Source of the DNA: Diadema antillarum
Lineage: Eukaryota
Direction of reading: 5' to 3'
NCBI RefSeq assembly: GCF_040938485.1
Contig: NW_027272433.1
Location: 1 to 64,000, forward strand
Length of the DNA stretch: 64,000 nt
Part shown: positions 61,263-64,000 of the stretch, piece after piece
How the letters are laid out: the number at the start of each line of letters is the position of its first letter
How positions within the stretch are numbered: position 1 is the stretch's first letter
Program-made: the position numbers and the translations under genes
Notes under the pieces: generated by a model
What the model saw: only the letters and a program-made list of their open reading frames with translations
What the model was told of the DNA's origin: nothing
Databases searched by the model: none

Positions 61263-61997
61263 ATGCTCCGGTACAGGCTGCTCACTTTTGATGTGAACAA
61301 TACACTGATTCAGGTCCGGAACACGGCCGGGGACCACTATCGCAGGGTTGCGAAGATGTTTGGGGTGGAGGCCAAGGTGCCTGACCTGAACCGTGGCTTT
61401 CGTGTGGCCTACAAGGAACAGGTGGCTGTTCACCCAAACTTTGGGGCCACTACGGGCCTCACTCCTGAGCAGTGGTGGACCAACGTTATATTCCGCACAT
61501 TTCTCACGGCTGGCTACACTTTGAAGGAAGGCATCCTCGACAAGATATCCTCCAAGCTGTACCAGGACTTCAGCACCAGTCAGACGTGGGAGACATTCCC
61601 TGAGGTGAAAGAGATGCTGACGTTTCTGAATAGGAACGGAGTCGCGCTCGGAGTTCTGTCAAACAATGATGAAAGGTTAATGAGTGTGCTACAGTCCTTG
61701 GACCTAGCTCCACATTTTTCATTCGTTCTCTCATCATCGGAAATGAAATGCGAGAAGCCTGATGCTGCATTTTTTCGTCTAGCCCTGGACAGGCTTGCTA
61801 TTGATCCAGCATTGTGTGCCCACATTGGCGACAATGTTGAATTGGACTACTTTGGGGCCAAAGCGGTTGGAATGGATGCCTACTTGGTGGATCGCAAAGG
61901 TTCCACTGAGGAGAATTGGCCTGATATCAGTAAGGACCACATACTGTCCGATATCTCTGATTTGGAGACAAAGATTTTCAAGATGCCTTCTGTTTGA
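61263..61997 (+). CDS. HDHD3: Haloacid dehalogenase-like hydrolase domain-containing protein 3, 244 aa, single coding exon
   Basis: MLRYRLLTFDVNNTL...HPNFGATTGLTPEQWWTNVI...GVLSNNDERL...EKPDAAFF...AHIGDNVELDYFGAKAVGM matches human HDHD3 as I recall it (RLLTWDVKDTL, FPNYG, QWW, SNFDRRL, KPDPRIF, HVGDN...DY.G.RAVGM). An acceptor at 61158 implies a 5' UTR intron. Confidence 0.93.
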   Translation: MLRYRLLTFDVNNTLIQVRNTAGDHYRRVAKMFGVEAKVPDLNRGFRVAYKEQVAVHPNFGATTGLTPEQWWTNVIFRTFLTAGYTLKEGILDKISSKLYQDFSTSQTWETFPEVKEMLTFLNRNGVALGVLSNNDERLMSVLQSLDLAPHFSFVLSSSEMKCEKPDAAFFRLALDRLAIDPALCAHIGDNVELDYFGAKAVGMDAYLVDRKGSTEENWPDISKDHILSDISDLETKIFKMPSV

Positions 61998-62744
61998 TTT
62001 TGTAGTCCATGGTACTCTTCTTACAACCCTTTTTGTTGTTTTTATTACTGGTTTATGAAAATATGAACTCGGGGGAAAAGAGCAACGTTTGGATGCTTTT
62101 TTGTTTCGAATATTGAATTTGCCTTTTGTGAAGAGTATTATTTCATGATGTTCCTCTCTTTTTTGTCAAGGTAATACAAGCTGCAAATTCAAGAGAAGTG
62201 AATTCAAACAAAATGAAATTATTTAATGCTGCCCTGTCATTTATAGAATCCAAAGTTTGACAGAACAATGATATGCCAGGTACAAAGAGTTAAAGTCTTC
62301 TCTTTTATCAAAATGTTTTAGTGACTTCTGAATTGCATCAAGTACTTGATGATCATGCTAAGCTGAGTAAACAGTGCTGAATGAAATCTGTCAATCTATG
62401 CCTTGTTTGCAATGGATATGCCTGTATTTCCATTAATCAATTAACAATTAAATGCGGGCACATTGATGTGGATGTCAATCAAACGTAGTACATTGTACTT
62501 TGACCCATCAGATCCTGGGGTAATTTTGCTGCAATAATTATCAACTTGTCTCCTTAAACTGGTTGCTCTGTACTTTGCTGCATATCTTATTTTGGAGAAA
62601 GACTTTACAGCTGTAGATTGGAGTGTTTTGACTCATTAAATGCACCAAAAGCAGTAAAGAGAACCAAATGTTTGCCAATTTGGGAGAGGAATATTAACTC
62701 TAATCTTCTAAAATGTATTTACCAATTTGAGATCAGTCATGAGG

Positions 62745-62837
62745 TTAACCCATGTAGGACGGACTGATTTTTTTACAACACACATTTCCCATAGACAGCT
62801 GCCCGAGTATACTCGGGACTCATCCTCAATGGGTTAA
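62745..62837. mobile_element. 93-bp piggyBac-type mini-MITE, copy 2
   Basis: Shares tacaacacacatttcccatagaca.ctgcccgagta.actcgggact with 8346-8438; TTAA at both ends. Confidence 0.8.
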
Positions 62838-63600
62838 GATATCATTACGTACAGAACCAAGCCACACAAATGTGGTTTCTGGGAATAGATGGGTCAAAGA
62901 AAGGATTGGTATTGTAGCTTCATGTATGATGATTTTCCATTTATATGCAAATTTTACTCTCTTTTACTAATATTACTTTTAATATTACTTTTTACCAATA
63001 TTCAGTTTTCCATGAAAACATTTAGAATCGGTCATGAAGAATATAATCATAATACAGAAATCAATGTAATGTTTTCATGTGGGTAAGGTCTTGTGACTCA
63101 GAATATATCATGGCATACACGCGTACATACATTTTAAAGAAACCTTATCTTGCCTGGAGATAAACAGAAGAGCAAAAAAAGTATAATTATTTCCATATAA
63201 AATTTATTGTTTTTATTGGAGTCAACAATATGTGTTGAACCATTTTACACCACCTATCATTTCAGTATTTGATACAATGTTCATGATTATGTTATAATTA
63301 TACGAAAGCATTGCTTTTAGGAAAGCTACATGATATTTGTATATTCTGGATTAGGGATTGAAACACAGAAAACCTAAATTCAGAATTGTATGATTTGAAA
63401 TCCTTATCATATTTATGTCAAATGTATATCAAGTCGATCTACTTGGCAAAATGTGCATGCTGCTTCCAGTGTGCGTAGCACAGTGCAAAGCAACAAATAT
63501 CATAATCATGAACTGTTCTTGGCAGCATAGAGCAGCTAAAAATTGAGCTAAAAATAGTTGCCAATTATTGCAAAATTCTTGATGATAGCATGCTTCTCTA

Positions 63601-63722
63601 GGGCCCCGTCTTATAAAGCCTTCAAATCAATCACAAGTCCCCACATCAATCGCAACTTGCATTGCAGCTCTCAAAAAAACTTGTGATTGATTTCTATCAC
63701 AAGTCTTTATAAGACAGGCCCC
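63601..63722. mobile_element. Small Harbinger-like MITE
   Basis: gggccccgtcttataaag ... ctttataagacaggcccc. Confidence 0.7.
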
Positions 63723-64000
63723 AGGGCTCTAAACTAGACATACTAGTGATTTTAAAGGTACTTCGTAGATTCACACAAATGTATGATTAGCAAGTGTCAG
63801 CCCTATATTGATTGATTTATATAACAGTTTAGCTTCAATATGAAGGTCCTGTCAAAATGTCATGACTGAATATTTAAGTCAAATTCTCATCTTTAAGGAG
63901 AATTAAAAATTGTACATTCCTTGCATTTATGTACATGCATGTGTGAAAAGAAGTGCAAAATTAGGCATCTCAGTCCAGTATGGGTTCTTTGCCACCTCCC

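Noticed and set aside
1-64000. CRISPR arrays, rRNA, intact tRNA, autonomous transposase or RT genes
   Set aside because: None seen; repeats are microsatellites and non-autonomous elements. Small ncRNAs cannot be excluded without an Infernal/Rfam scan.

Overview
AT-rich, intron-rich animal genomic DNA with three assembly gaps. It is probably an invertebrate deuterostome such as an echinoderm; this is an inference from the genes and repeats. No prokaryotic features (CRISPR, operons, rRNA, intact tRNA) were seen. Four protein-coding genes were reconstructed by hand from GT-AG boundaries and phase continuity. (1) The last three coding exons of MAPKAP1/SIN1 (mTORC2 subunit, PH domain; + strand, 2002-10491). 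(2) A 15-exon SLC6 Na+/Cl- amino-acid transporter of the GlyT2/ATB0+/PROT type (- strand, 41538-20201; about 907 aa, or 707 aa without two symmetric N-terminal exons). (3) POFUT1 (- strand, 7 coding exons, 385 aa, ending QDEL). (4) HDHD3 (+ strand, single coding exon), head-to-head with POFUT1. Introns and intergenic DNA hold many non-autonomous DNA transposons (TTAA-flanked Kolobok/T2-like and piggyBac-like, Harbinger-like, Tc1/pogo-like), a SINE, a LINE 3' end and microsatellites. The most interesting observations concern the SLC6 gene: Gly at the TM6 pocket position that is Trp in GlyT2/ATB0+ and Phe in LeuT, two paralogous in-frame Ser/Pro-rich N-terminal cassette exons, and a decayed duplicate of one exon. 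The POFUT1/HDHD3 promoter has splice donors on both strands, so the 5' ends may overlap. I found no convincing wholly new biological system; the findings are variations on known families.
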